Shown here: positions 1-8,278 of the stretch, one piece after another | Layout of the letters: each line of letters starts with the position of its first letter | How positions within the stretch are numbered: position 1 is the stretch's first letter | Source of the DNA: Candidatus Doudnabacteria bacterium | GTDB taxonomy: Bacteria > Patescibacteriota > Doudnabacteria > UBA920 | Length of the DNA: 62,976 bases | Direction of reading: 5' to 3' | Assembly (NCBI GenBank): GCA_020850635.1 | Contig: JADZEH010000015.1 | Span: 1-62,976, forward strand | The notes under the pieces: generated by a model | Seen by the model: only the letters and a program-made list of their open reading frames with translations | Told to the model about the DNA's origin: nothing | Databases searched by the model: none | Made by a program: the position numbers and the translations under genes

Positions 1-1
1 A

Positions 2-76
2 CATAATCCTAAAGGCGTGGTGATGCCAGGAACTTGCCCTGTACCAGGAGTTAATCCAGCCGCTGCCGTAAGATAA
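2..76 (+). CDS. 3' end of an upstream CDS truncated by the window edge (product unknown)
   Basis: Only frame open from the window edge. TAA at 74-76 is followed by a hairpin terminator at 88-118. Confidence 0.3.
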   Translation, partial: HNPKGVVMPGTCPVPGVNPAAAVR

Positions 77-87
77 TCAAAAAATCA

Positions 88-118
88 GCGACCATCCCTT
101 ATGGGGTGGTCGCTTTTG
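88..118. terminator. Bidirectional intrinsic terminator
   Basis: GCGACCA (88-94) / TGGTCGC (107-113) hairpin with an A-run before it and a T-run after it. Serves the convergent units on both strands. Confidence 0.6.
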
Positions 119-140
119 GTATCGGCGTGAACACCGAACC

Positions 141-575
141 TTACTCGAGTCGGAACATTGTGGTGTAGTGCTCGAGATTTACTGGATACATCGCCGTGAA
201 CCATTGGATTCGTTCGTACGGTACGTACTTAAACGCTAGTACGAAATTATCGAGTTGGTTCATTCGTGCCGGCGCCAGTTTCTTGTCGGGACGCCTGTCG
301 TAAAAAAGGATGAGAACCTCGGTCCCATCAGCAAACTTGGCACGAGTCATCTGGACACTCACTCTGACGGGCTGGCCATCATTCACGCTTGTGGCGTTGA
401 TAAAGACTTTGTTACCGTCTGCGGTGAGAGCGATTGTACACGTCTCGGTTTCCGACAACTTGACGAAGTACTGCACGATGTTGGTACGGTAGGTCGGGGT
501 TTGAGATTCCCAGACCGGCAAATCCACAATGAATTGTGGCGTGATCATGACGCAAAGAGTGAACTCTGTGAGCAT
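141..575 (-). CDS. Hypothetical protein, 144 aa (G+C-rich cassette A)
   Basis: Longest ORF of the island. AAGGAGGG lies 5 nt upstream of the ATG. Codons are G/C-ending. No family recognised. Confidence 0.6.
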   Translation of the reverse strand: MLTEFTLCVMITPQFIVDLPVWESQTPTYRTNIVQYFVKLSETETCTIALTADGNKVFINATSVNDGQPVRVSVQMTRAKFADGTEVLILFYDRRPDKKLAPARMNQLDNFVLAFKYVPYERIQWFTAMYPVNLEHYTTMFRLE

Positions 576-610
576 GGCTGCCCTCCTTCTGGGAAGTCTC
601 TAGTGGCTCT

Positions 611-639
611 ATCCTAACGCGCCTAGAAACTTTAGTCAA
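611..639 (-). promoter_or_regulatory. Putative sigma-70-type promoter of cassette A
   Basis: Minus strand reads TTGACT (639-634), 17 nt, TAGGAT (616-611), about 35 nt upstream of the ATG. Confidence 0.4.
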
Positions 640-682
640 AGTTTAGATTTTCTTGAACAGGGGTGTTGTACAGTTTTAGGAC

Positions 683-1882
683 ATGTCAGAAAACACTGAA
701 AATGTAATTAAGCTGGTTGATGACCTATTTCAAGAAGCTTTAGTTCAAAAGGCTAGTGATATTCATATCGAACCAATGCGACGCGAGTGTTTGGTCAGAT
801 TTCGAGTTGATGGTCTGCTGTTGTCTCAAGCTAATTTACCCCTGTCTTTGCATCAGGGGATTGTGGCTCGGATAAAGATTATGGCGAATGTGCGAACAGA
901 TGAGCAGCGTCGTCCTCAAGATGGTCGAATAGATTTGTCTATGAGTGGGGTTTCGTTACGTGTCTCAACAATGCCTACGCTGTATGGAGAAAAGCTCGCC
1001 TTGCGTGTTATCAATGAGAGCCAAGTTAACTTCTCGTTGAGTGAATTAGGGTTAAGCGTGACTCATCAAAACATTATCATGCGAAATTTAGAGAAGTCGT
1101 ATGGTCTTATCGCTGTGTGCGGGCCAACTGGAAGTGGGAAAACGACAACTTTGTATAGTTTGCTGTCGCATTACAGCGGAAAAAGTTTAAATGTCTCTAC
1201 GCTAGAAGATCCAATAGAGCGAGCAGTGCATGGAGTAAACCAAACTCAAATTAATCCTAATGCGGAGTTAGGTTTTGCTTCGGGATTGCGGGCCCTGCTT
1301 CGCCAAGATCCAGATGTTCTCATGGTTGGAGAAATCCGCGATTTAGAAACCATGCGCATGGCTACCAACGCTGCGTTAACTGGCCACGTTGTTTTAACTA
1401 CACTGCATACTAACGATGCCTCATCAGCATTCACTCGATTTATTGAGATGAAAGTTGAGGAGTTTGTCGTAAGCTCAGTAGTTAATTTAATAATTGCGCA
1501 GAGGTTAGTTAGACGAGTGTGTATGGCTTGTAAGGTTGAAGCTAAATTAGATGAATCCATGCTTGCAAAGGTGAGTGCGCGGGCAGATATTTTAAATGTT
1601 TTAGAGCAAGCAGGGGTTAAGGTAGAAGAATTAAAATATCGAACTTTTCTTAGAGGTCAGGGCTGTGGGGACTGCCGCATGACAGGTTATAGTGGGCGAG
1701 TCGGAGTTTATGAATTACTAGAAATGAACCAAGAGTTGCAAAGTCTTTTGTATAACCAACGTTCAGCGTCACTAAATCTTGGAAAAGTTGGCACCAATTC
1801 TTTAATCCACGATGCAGTTACAAAAGTTTTAGACGGTACAACAACATTCTCAGAAATCATGAGAGCAATAACTTACAAGTAA
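683..1882 (+). CDS. pilB: Type IV pilus / type II secretion assembly ATPase (GspE/PilB family, short form without N-terminal domain)
   Basis: Walker A GPTGSGKTT, Asp box/Walker B DPDVLMVGEIRD, His box GHVVLTTLHTND, and a C-terminal tetracysteine motif (CMAC...GCGDC). Confidence 0.92.
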   Translation: MSENTENVIKLVDDLFQEALVQKASDIHIEPMRRECLVRFRVDGLLLSQANLPLSLHQGIVARIKIMANVRTDEQRRPQDGRIDLSMSGVSLRVSTMPTLYGEKLALRVINESQVNFSLSELGLSVTHQNIIMRNLEKSYGLIAVCGPTGSGKTTTLYSLLSHYSGKSLNVSTLEDPIERAVHGVNQTQINPNAELGFASGLRALLRQDPDVLMVGEIRDLETMRMATNAALTGHVVLTTLHTNDASSAFTRFIEMKVEEFVVSSVVNLIIAQRLVRRVCMACKVEAKLDESMLAKVSARADILNVLEQAGVKVEELKYRTFLRGQGCGDCRMTGYSGRVGVYELLEMNQELQSLLYNQRSASLNLGKVGTNSLIHDAVTKVLDGTTTFSEIMRAITYK

Positions 1883-1892
1883 CTATTTTTAC

Positions 1893-2969
1893 ATGCGCAA
1901 AACTTTTGAGTTTAAATTTTTGTCTCGATTTCAAACGTTCCCGGTTCAGGAAAAAATCATCTTTTTTCGAAATCTGTCGGTGATGGTTCATGCGGGGGTC
2001 TCGGTGTTGTATGCGCTTGAATCTTTACAACAACAAGTCACTAAGTCAGCGGTGAGAGAGGCCCTTCAGCAAGTGTCGGAGGATATTAAAAATGGTCAAC
2101 GACTGTCTGTGGCCTTCTCTCGTCATTCGCGACTGTTTCCGTCTATAGTTTTTGAAACAATTGGAGTCGGGGAGTCGACTGGGGGACTGGGTCAGGCCTT
2201 GGAACGAATCGCTATTAATATAGAGTACAGTTACGAGCTCCGTCGGAAAGTCTGGGGCGCTTTAACTTATCCGTTTATAGTCCTAATAGTTTTGATAATA
2301 GTCGTTACGGGCTTAGTTTGGTTTGTTTTGCCTAAACTTTCTCAGTTGTATAGCGATTTAAATGCAACCTTACCTTTATTTACTCGAATTTTGTTGAATA
2401 GTGCTCAATTTTTACGAGAGTTTTGGTGGATTATTATAGTGGGAATGGGGTTGATGATGATTTTTGCTAAGCTTTGCTACAAAAATAAAGTTTTAAGGTA
2501 CAAGATGCATCAAGTTTTCTTGCGCGTACCTATTTTCGGTCAGCTCATTGCCGATATAACTGTTGCACAGTTTTTTCGCCATCTCGAAACACTGCTGGCA
2601 AGTGGTATACCTTTGGTTCATGGGATGCAAGTTGCTAACCGTACTACTAACCACTTGGTTTATAAAAATTCTTTAGATGAGGTTAGAGAAAGCTTGCTAA
2701 CTGGTCTGACTTTATCGCAAGCTTTGAAAAAACATCCCAAACTGTTTTCGTCACAATTAGTTTTGATAATCGAGGTGGGGGAGCGCTCAGGAAAACTAGC
2801 GACTAGTACTAAGCATATTATTCAATATTACGAACGGTCTATATCAAACAAGACTCAGATGCTGTCGTCGTTGCTCGAGCCAGTGCTAATGATAGTCATT
2901 GGGGTGGTAATAGGTGGTTTGGCCCTGGCCGTGCTCTTGCCGATTTACCAGATTTCAAGCCTAATATAG
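1893..2969 (+). CDS. pilC: Type IV pilus platform protein (GspF/PilC family)
   Basis: Two GspF-type repeats, three hydrophobic segments, and a position immediately downstream of the ATPase gene. Confidence 0.9.
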   Translation: MRKTFEFKFLSRFQTFPVQEKIIFFRNLSVMVHAGVSVLYALESLQQQVTKSAVREALQQVSEDIKNGQRLSVAFSRHSRLFPSIVFETIGVGESTGGLGQALERIAINIEYSYELRRKVWGALTYPFIVLIVLIIVVTGLVWFVLPKLSQLYSDLNATLPLFTRILLNSAQFLREFWWIIIVGMGLMMIFAKLCYKNKVLRYKMHQVFLRVPIFGQLIADITVAQFFRHLETLLASGIPLVHGMQVANRTTNHLVYKNSLDEVRESLLTGLTLSQALKKHPKLFSSQLVLIIEVGERSGKLATSTKHIIQYYERSISNKTQMLSSLLEPVLMIVIGVVIGGLALAVLLPIYQISSLI

Positions 2970-3068
2970 ACTTAAATTTCTTTAAAAATTCTTGAGCTTA
3001 GGCATTAGAGATATAAAATAGCTTATGTATAAGCCATTTTTTATAATGTAGCTAGGACAAGCCAAAAT

Positions 3069-3097
3069 TTGCATTTTTGGTAAGAAAGGCGTATAAT
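3069..3097 (+). promoter_or_regulatory. Putative promoter of the surface-protein/sortase-like operon
   Basis: TTGCAT (3069-3074), 17 nt, TATAAT (3092-3097). Confidence 0.5.
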
Positions 3098-3188
3098 CAT
3101 TTTACTAAAGCTTGTGCTGTTATGCCCAAGTTTTCTAGCGTTATTAATAATAAGAGTTAGATAAACTAAGAGGGAAAAAGGAAATCAT

Positions 3189-6100
3189 ATGAACACAGTT
3201 TCATCCATTTGGCGGAAGCGAGCTGCACAGCCAGTCCTTAGTGTGTTTTTTGGATTGGTGTTAGTTCTGCAAACTGCCGTACCTATCACTGCTCTTGCGC
3301 AAGACGCTCCAGAGACCGATAGTGCTCCACAAGAGCAGACTCAGGAAGAAAACAAAGATCAAGGTGAACAGCAGAGATCTATTTTTAATCCAAAGGTAAA
3401 GATTTGCCACAAAGAAGGTCCTAAAGATGGTTATGGTCCTTACCATGAAATAGAGATAAGTCCTGTAGCTGTACTTTTCCCCCATGTTCTATTGCATGGT
3501 GATATTTATCCTGTACCAGAAAACGGCTGTCCTGGTAAGCTCACTTTGATCAAAGAAGTTGTTGGTGGGCAAGGTCAGGGAAGCGCTGGTTTATGGACTT
3601 TGTATGCCGACGGTGAAGGTGATGACAACGACTTTTCTGGCACAACTCCAGTAAGTGGAACAGCTGAAGTCGGTGTCTATACTCTTAGCGAAAGCGGTCC
3701 GGAAGGTTACACAGCATCTGATTGGGTTTGTGTTATTGCCTCTGATGATGAGGAAGAAGACGAAGATGACGATAAGAAAGCCTCTGTTATTTCGGCTCCA
3801 ATGGACGGCAATACTGTTACTGTTGGTGAAGGTCAAGACATTACTTGTACTATCACAAACACATTCATTGAGGAAGTTCCTAACGATTTACTTCTTGAAT
3901 CTATTTGTTCTGATGATCCAGCAACGATCCGCGCTTGGACAGTTACAAATCCAACCGATTCCGATATTAACTTTGACTGGTCTTTGAACGACGATGACCA
4001 AACTGGTAGCGGTACTGCACCTGCTAACGGTTCCACCACTATTATTACCAACACTCAGGGCGGAAATACTTTAGAAATTACTTGGTATGAAGGTGATAGC
4101 CTTCAAGACGCAAGCCTTGAAAGTACAGGACTTCTTTGTCCAAAAGATAATCAGCCATGCGGCACTGAACTAATCGCCAATGGTGGTTTTGAAGTTCCAG
4201 CAATTAATCTTTCTTGGGATATTGTAGATAACAACACCCCTGGTTTGGGTTGGTTTGTTCAGTGGATGCCTAGTGTTCCTGTTGCAGCCCCAATTCCAGC
4301 TTCCGTTGAATTCCACCGTGGTGTTAACGGTTGGCAACCACAAGAAGGTTATCAGCATGCCGAACTAGACGGTGACTGGGGTGGTCCATCATCTGGTCAG
4401 TCTGGCGAAGATGGCTCTACCAAAATTTACCAGCACTTACCAACTGTAGCTGGCAATGACTATACTATTTCTTTCTGGACATCCCCACGTCCAGGTATCG
4501 CTGATAACAAAGTCCAGTTCTCATGGGACGGAGTAATCAAAGACACTATCGTTGAGAACGGTTCTGCGAATGGTCAGACCGTGTGGTCTCAGCACACTTA
4601 CACCTTTGAAGCTATGGATTCCATGACCACCATTGAATTCGCTGACCTTAGTGTCGGTGATTCCTTGGGAAGCTTCATTGATAACGTAAGCGTAAAAGAA
4701 GAATGTCCACCACCTTGCGAACCAGGTCCTTCATGGGCTACATCCGTAGTTGATTATGACCAAGGTCTTCGCAAAGATGGTTCTCCAATCACAAATCCTG
4801 ACCGTACCGATCCAGCCAAAGCTTTAAACGCAGCTGACTGGGTTCCTGGAACAGGCACTAACTTTTATGCTCTTGGATTCGGTGGAACAATTGAACTATC
4901 CTTTACTGGTTACGTAATCAATACGGACGGTGATGATTTGTCCATTCACGAAGCCACTAATGGTACTTACCCAAATGAAACTGTTAGCATTGAAGTGAGC
5001 CAAGATGGATCAAGCTGGTTCCCACTTTCCGAAGTCGGTACCAACACTTCCCCAGCTGGTGTAACTTACGTTGACTTTGATGAAACAGGGTTAGACTGGA
5101 TTAAGTATGTTCGCTTAACTGATACTTCTATAGCCTCAGCTTTCCCTAATGATGCCGATGGTTTTGACCTCGACGCTGTCGACGCAACTCTCGAAGCTTG
5201 TACTCCTCCTGTAGATCCTTGTAATTTGGAACAGGATGTTCCTTCAAAGGGCCTCTTGGCAACAGTTGTAGACTTTATTCAAGAAGTCACAATTCCACAG
5301 GACGATGACGAAGAATGTATTTCTACCATCTCTGGTATGAAATTTAACGACTTAAACGGTAATGGTCTTAAGGATGAAGGCGAAACCGGATTAGCAGGCT
5401 GGGACATCTATGCCTACAACGGTATTCCATCATCTAACATTACTGTTGATTCTTCCGACATAACCGGTTCTGATACAAACTGGGTTGCTCCTGGTGAGTA
5501 TGTTGTTATGGCACGCGGTACTTGGAATAACGGTGGTACTCAGTACTTTGATACCGAATTCCATACTGCAAATACATGGTCTACCCATGAAGATGGTGTT
5601 GTTCCATACGGTGAAGACATCGGTGACATTGTAATCAACGATACACAGTTCGTTGATTGGGGTGTTTACAATGATCAGAACGAAAATGGTTTTGAACACT
5701 ACTACTTCTACATCCTCAATCACCCTGGTGGTAACATCAACTACTCTGTATTTGATGGTGAATCCGGTGTAAAGAATGCTGGATGGTATGGTGATAACAC
5801 TGGTTCTATCAATGTACAGATGTACAAATTGCTTGATACTGCTGTGACTGATGCCAATGGTAACTACGAATTAGAATTTAATACAGACGAACCTGTAACC
5901 GCAGTTGTTCGTGAATTCCAGCAAAATGGCTGGGTCCAAACTTCTCCAAACGCTGATACTGGCGTTTACGCTTTGAACGGTTTGATCGAAGGTGTTAACT
6001 ATCCAATTACAGGTAACTGGAACTTAATCTTTGAAGCTGGTAGCCGTGATGTTACTGGTAAAGACTTCGGTAACCACTTTGTTGGACAAGAAGATGAAGA

Positions 6101-7355
6101 ATGTGAAGATATTCGTTACGAAACTCGAGTTGCTCTAACAGTAGTAGATGGTGACTACCCTAACGAATACCCAGATAAAGAATGTGCAATCTCTGGTTAC
6201 AAGTATTCAGATTTTAATGGTAACGGTGAAGTAGATGGAGATGACGACGGCCTTTCCGGTTGGAGAATCTACATCGACGAGAATGGTGATAATGAATACA
6301 CCGAAGGTGAACCATATGATTATACTGATTCTAATGGTTATTATTCTTTCTACAATCTAGCCGCTGGTTCTTACACAATCCGTGAAGAAAACCAGTCTGG
6401 TTGGAACAGTGTTTTCCCAACAAACGATGATGATACAAATGAATATGTAATCAACTTAGTACTCTCATCTTTTAATGGTACTGATTTCCACAACAGACCA
6501 GAAGATGAACCATGTGAAGAAGTTTCTGAAGAAGTTTCATTATTCAGCAGCTCAGACACTAACACAGCAGGTTATACAACTACAACTCTTGCAAACGACG
6601 GAGATGGCCTTAACGAATTAAACTACAGCGGTGGCGGATTGTTCACAAATGCGGTTGAACTTGTTCCTTCTCATCCAGCTTGGATTGATCCTACAACCAA
6701 TGGTTCTTTCTCAGGTTCAGGTGCAGTGTGGATCTCTACTGATACAGAACATCCAGGAGATGAGGGTGGTGAAGGCTCAGGTGATGATAACCAATGGCGT
6801 TTGTTCCAAACTGAGTTCAATGTTCCTGCAGGTGCAACTATAACCCCTGGAACTTTGTACTTCAGTGCTGACAACGCAGTCTCTGTCTACTTGAACGGTG
6901 CATTAATTGATGACACTTCTGAAGATTTGGTAACCTACGGTCCAAATGTAGCAATCCCAGAAGTCTTCAAGAAAGTGTATAGCGTTACTTTGACACCGAC
7001 TGTTGGCGATAATACATTATCATTTGTTGTACGTAACTCTAGCGTCCCTGGTATTGGTATTAATCCAACCGGTTTACTTTACAACGGTGACTTCTCATAC
7101 GTTGTAGATTGTGACAACGGTGGCGATGGTGGTAACAACGATGGCGGCGGTGATGATCGTAGCTCTGGAAGCTCTTCCAACCGTTCCGGTCGTGTCCTCG
7201 GCGATTCTACAGGTCTCCCATATGAAGCCCCAGGAAAAATCCTTGGTGCAACTACATTACCTCGAACAGGTAACTCAGTTGAACTCTACACCTTGCTCGC
7301 CTTTATGGCAGTCCTTATGGCAACCCCATTACTCAGCCGAAAAACAGCTAAGTAA
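3189..7355 (+). CDS. Giant secreted multidomain surface protein (1388 aa) with C-terminal LPXTG-type sorting signal
   Basis: N-terminal signal peptide. Two SdrD-B/Cna-B-like modules (ISGMKFNDLNGNGLKDEGETGLAGWDIY; ISGYKYSDFNGNGEVDGDDDGLSGWRIY). A DUF642/CBM-like segment and acidic linkers. The C-terminus is LPRTG, then a hydrophobic helix, then RKTAK. SD is GAGGGAAAAAGGA. Confidence 0.9.
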   Translation: MNTVSSIWRKRAAQPVLSVFFGLVLVLQTAVPITALAQDAPETDSAPQEQTQEENKDQGEQQRSIFNPKVKICHKEGPKDGYGPYHEIEISPVAVLFPHVLLHGDIYPVPENGCPGKLTLIKEVVGGQGQGSAGLWTLYADGEGDDNDFSGTTPVSGTAEVGVYTLSESGPEGYTASDWVCVIASDDEEEDEDDDKKASVISAPMDGNTVTVGEGQDITCTITNTFIEEVPNDLLLESICSDDPATIRAWTVTNPTDSDINFDWSLNDDDQTGSGTAPANGSTTIITNTQGGNTLEITWYEGDSLQDASLESTGLLCPKDNQPCGTELIANGGFEVPAINLSWDIVDNNTPGLGWFVQWMPSVPVAAPIPASVEFHRGVNGWQPQEGYQHAELDGDWGGPSSGQSGEDGSTKIYQHLPTVAGNDYTISFWTSPRPGIADNKVQFSWDGVIKDTIVENGSANGQTVWSQHTYTFEAMDSMTTIEFADLSVGDSLGSFIDNVSVKEECPPPCEPGPSWATSVVDYDQGLRKDGSPITNPDRTDPAKALNAADWVPGTGTNFYALGFGGTIELSFTGYVINTDGDDLSIHEATNGTYPNETVSIEVSQDGSSWFPLSEVGTNTSPAGVTYVDFDETGLDWIKYVRLTDTSIASAFPNDADGFDLDAVDATLEACTPPVDPCNLEQDVPSKGLLATVVDFIQEVTIPQDDDEECISTISGMKFNDLNGNGLKDEGETGLAGWDIYAYNGIPSSNITVDSSDITGSDTNWVAPGEYVVMARGTWNNGGTQYFDTEFHTANTWSTHEDGVVPYGEDIGDIVINDTQFVDWGVYNDQNENGFEHYYFYILNHPGGNINYSVFDGESGVKNAGWYGDNTGSINVQMYKLLDTAVTDANGNYELEFNTDEPVTAVVREFQQNGWVQTSPNADTGVYALNGLIEGVNYPITGNWNLIFEAGSRDVTGKDFGNHFVGQEDEECEDIRYETRVALTVVDGDYPNEYPDKECAISGYKYSDFNGNGEVDGDDDGLSGWRIYIDENGDNEYTEGEPYDYTDSNGYYSFYNLAAGSYTIREENQSGWNSVFPTNDDDTNEYVINLVLSSFNGTDFHNRPEDEPCEEVSEEVSLFSSSDTNTAGYTTTTLANDGDGLNELNYSGGGLFTNAVELVPSHPAWIDPTTNGSFSGSGAVWISTDTEHPGDEGGEGSGDDNQWRLFQTEFNVPAGATITPGTLYFSADNAVSVYLNGALIDDTSEDLVTYGPNVAIPEVFKKVYSVTLTPTVGDNTLSFVVRNSSVPGIGINPTGLLYNGDFSYVVDCDNGGDGGNNDGGGDDRSSGSSSNRSGRVLGDSTGLPYEAPGKILGATTLPRTGNSVELYTLLAFMAVLMATPLLSRKTAK

Positions 7356-7366
7356 AAAAACTTAAA

Positions 7367-7394
7367 ACCAGCCTCCTAGTGAGGCTGGTTTTTG
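7367..7394 (+). terminator. Intrinsic terminator/attenuator after the surface-protein gene
   Basis: ACCAGCCTC-ctagt-GAGGCTGGT hairpin followed by TTTTTG. Confidence 0.7.
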
Positions 7395-7418
7395 TTTAAA
7401 GTGATATAATATAAATCT

Positions 7419-7997
7419 ATGAAAAACTATATTATTCGGATATCAGTTATTATCGTGATCCTCCTTGGAACAGCTGTTGCCTTGAATTGGGATTATGTTG
7501 TATTGCGTGTCCAGTTTGCTTTTAACAAGGATGATGCCTCTTCGGAGAGTAGTCAGGAATTAACCGAACCTAATAAGTTGCGGATTCCAAGTTTAAACAT
7601 TGAAGCCCCAATACAATTTATCACCGAGACAAACGAAACAGAGTTTCAGAAAGCTTTAGCTCATGGTGTTGTCCATTATCCAAACACTGCTTTAGCAGGG
7701 CAACCTGGAAATATGTATGTTTTTGGTCATTCGTCCGATCTGCCGTGGAGTAAAGGTGAGTACAAAACTGTGTTTGCACTACTTCCTCAAATTAAATCTG
7801 ACGCAGAAATATTTGTTTCAGATGACAAGGGTAAAGAGTACAAGTACAAGGTCTTGTCGACTAAAGTAGTTGCCCCTACCGACTTGTCAGTACTTGATCA
7901 GCAAGAAAACAAACGTAAGCTTTTAAGTGTCCAAACTTCATATCCTGTTGGTACGGCATTAAAAAGATTTGTTGTTATCGCTGAGCTAGTTGAATAA
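7419..7997 (+). CDS. Sortase-fold protein lacking the catalytic cysteine (192 aa)
   Basis: N-terminal TM anchor. Aligns by eye with S. aureus SrtA: VFGHS matches the catalytic His and KRFVV matches the catalytic Arg, but TLITC is replaced by SVQTS. The protein contains no Cys. Confidence 0.75.
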   Translation: MKNYIIRISVIIVILLGTAVALNWDYVVLRVQFAFNKDDASSESSQELTEPNKLRIPSLNIEAPIQFITETNETEFQKALAHGVVHYPNTALAGQPGNMYVFGHSSDLPWSKGEYKTVFALLPQIKSDAEIFVSDDKGKEYKYKVLSTKVVAPTDLSVLDQQENKRKLLSVQTSYPVGTALKRFVVIAELVE

Positions 7998-8005
7998 ATA
8001 CTATA

Positions 8006-8033
8006 AAACCGCCTCCCCGAAGGGAGGCGGTTT
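8006..8033 (+). terminator. Intrinsic terminator
   Basis: AAACCGCCTCCC-cgaa-GGGAGGCGGTTT. Confidence 0.75.
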
Positions 8034-8040
8034 AGATCTT

Positions 8041-8197
8041 ACCCGGTGACAAACTTAGTAAGCCGCGCTTTGACTTTTCTATATTAAGATATAGAAAAGT
8101 CTCTGTCAAGCTGGTGCGTCCGGGTGGTGGACCCGAGGGGAGTCGAACCCCCAAGACCGCGATGTCAAAGCGCGGCTTGTCACCAGACCGGGCCCAC
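8041..8197. repeat. Nested inverted-repeat locus enclosing the tRNA-like element
   Basis: 8041-8074 is an inverted, indel-bearing copy of 8164-8192. A perfect 13-bp palindrome, GACTTTTCTATAT-TAAG-ATATAGAAAAGTC, lies at 8072-8101. Confidence 0.7.
8125..8195 (-). ncRNA. tRNA-like RNA (acceptor stem, T arm and CCA are canonical; D arm and anticodon arm are aberrant; no isotype assignable)
   Basis: Acceptor GGGCCCG/CGGGTCC, T arm GGGGG-TTCGACT-CCCCT, discriminator A, encoded CCA. Only 36 nt lie between the acceptor and the T arm. The best central helix closes a 9-nt loop. Confidence 0.5.
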
Positions 8198-8239
8198 TCA
8201 GATTAATGTACATGAAGTGTGTTCAAGAAATTCTAAAAT

Positions 8240-8266
8240 AAAACCGCCTCTGAGTTAGGCGGTTTT
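8240..8266 (-). terminator. Intrinsic terminator of the thiol-redox operon
   Basis: AAAACCGCCT-ctgagtt-AGGCGGTTTT. Confidence 0.7.
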
Positions 8267-8278
8267 ATGATATATAAC

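Noticed and set aside
255-639. Plus-strand ORFs (255-617, 310-492) and the minus-strand ORF 412-639 inside cassette A
   Set aside because: These are shadow ORFs in G+C-rich DNA. They have no SD, and their translations are Arg/Ser/Cys-rich and look like junk. The 141-575 minus ORF has a strong SD, promoter and terminator.
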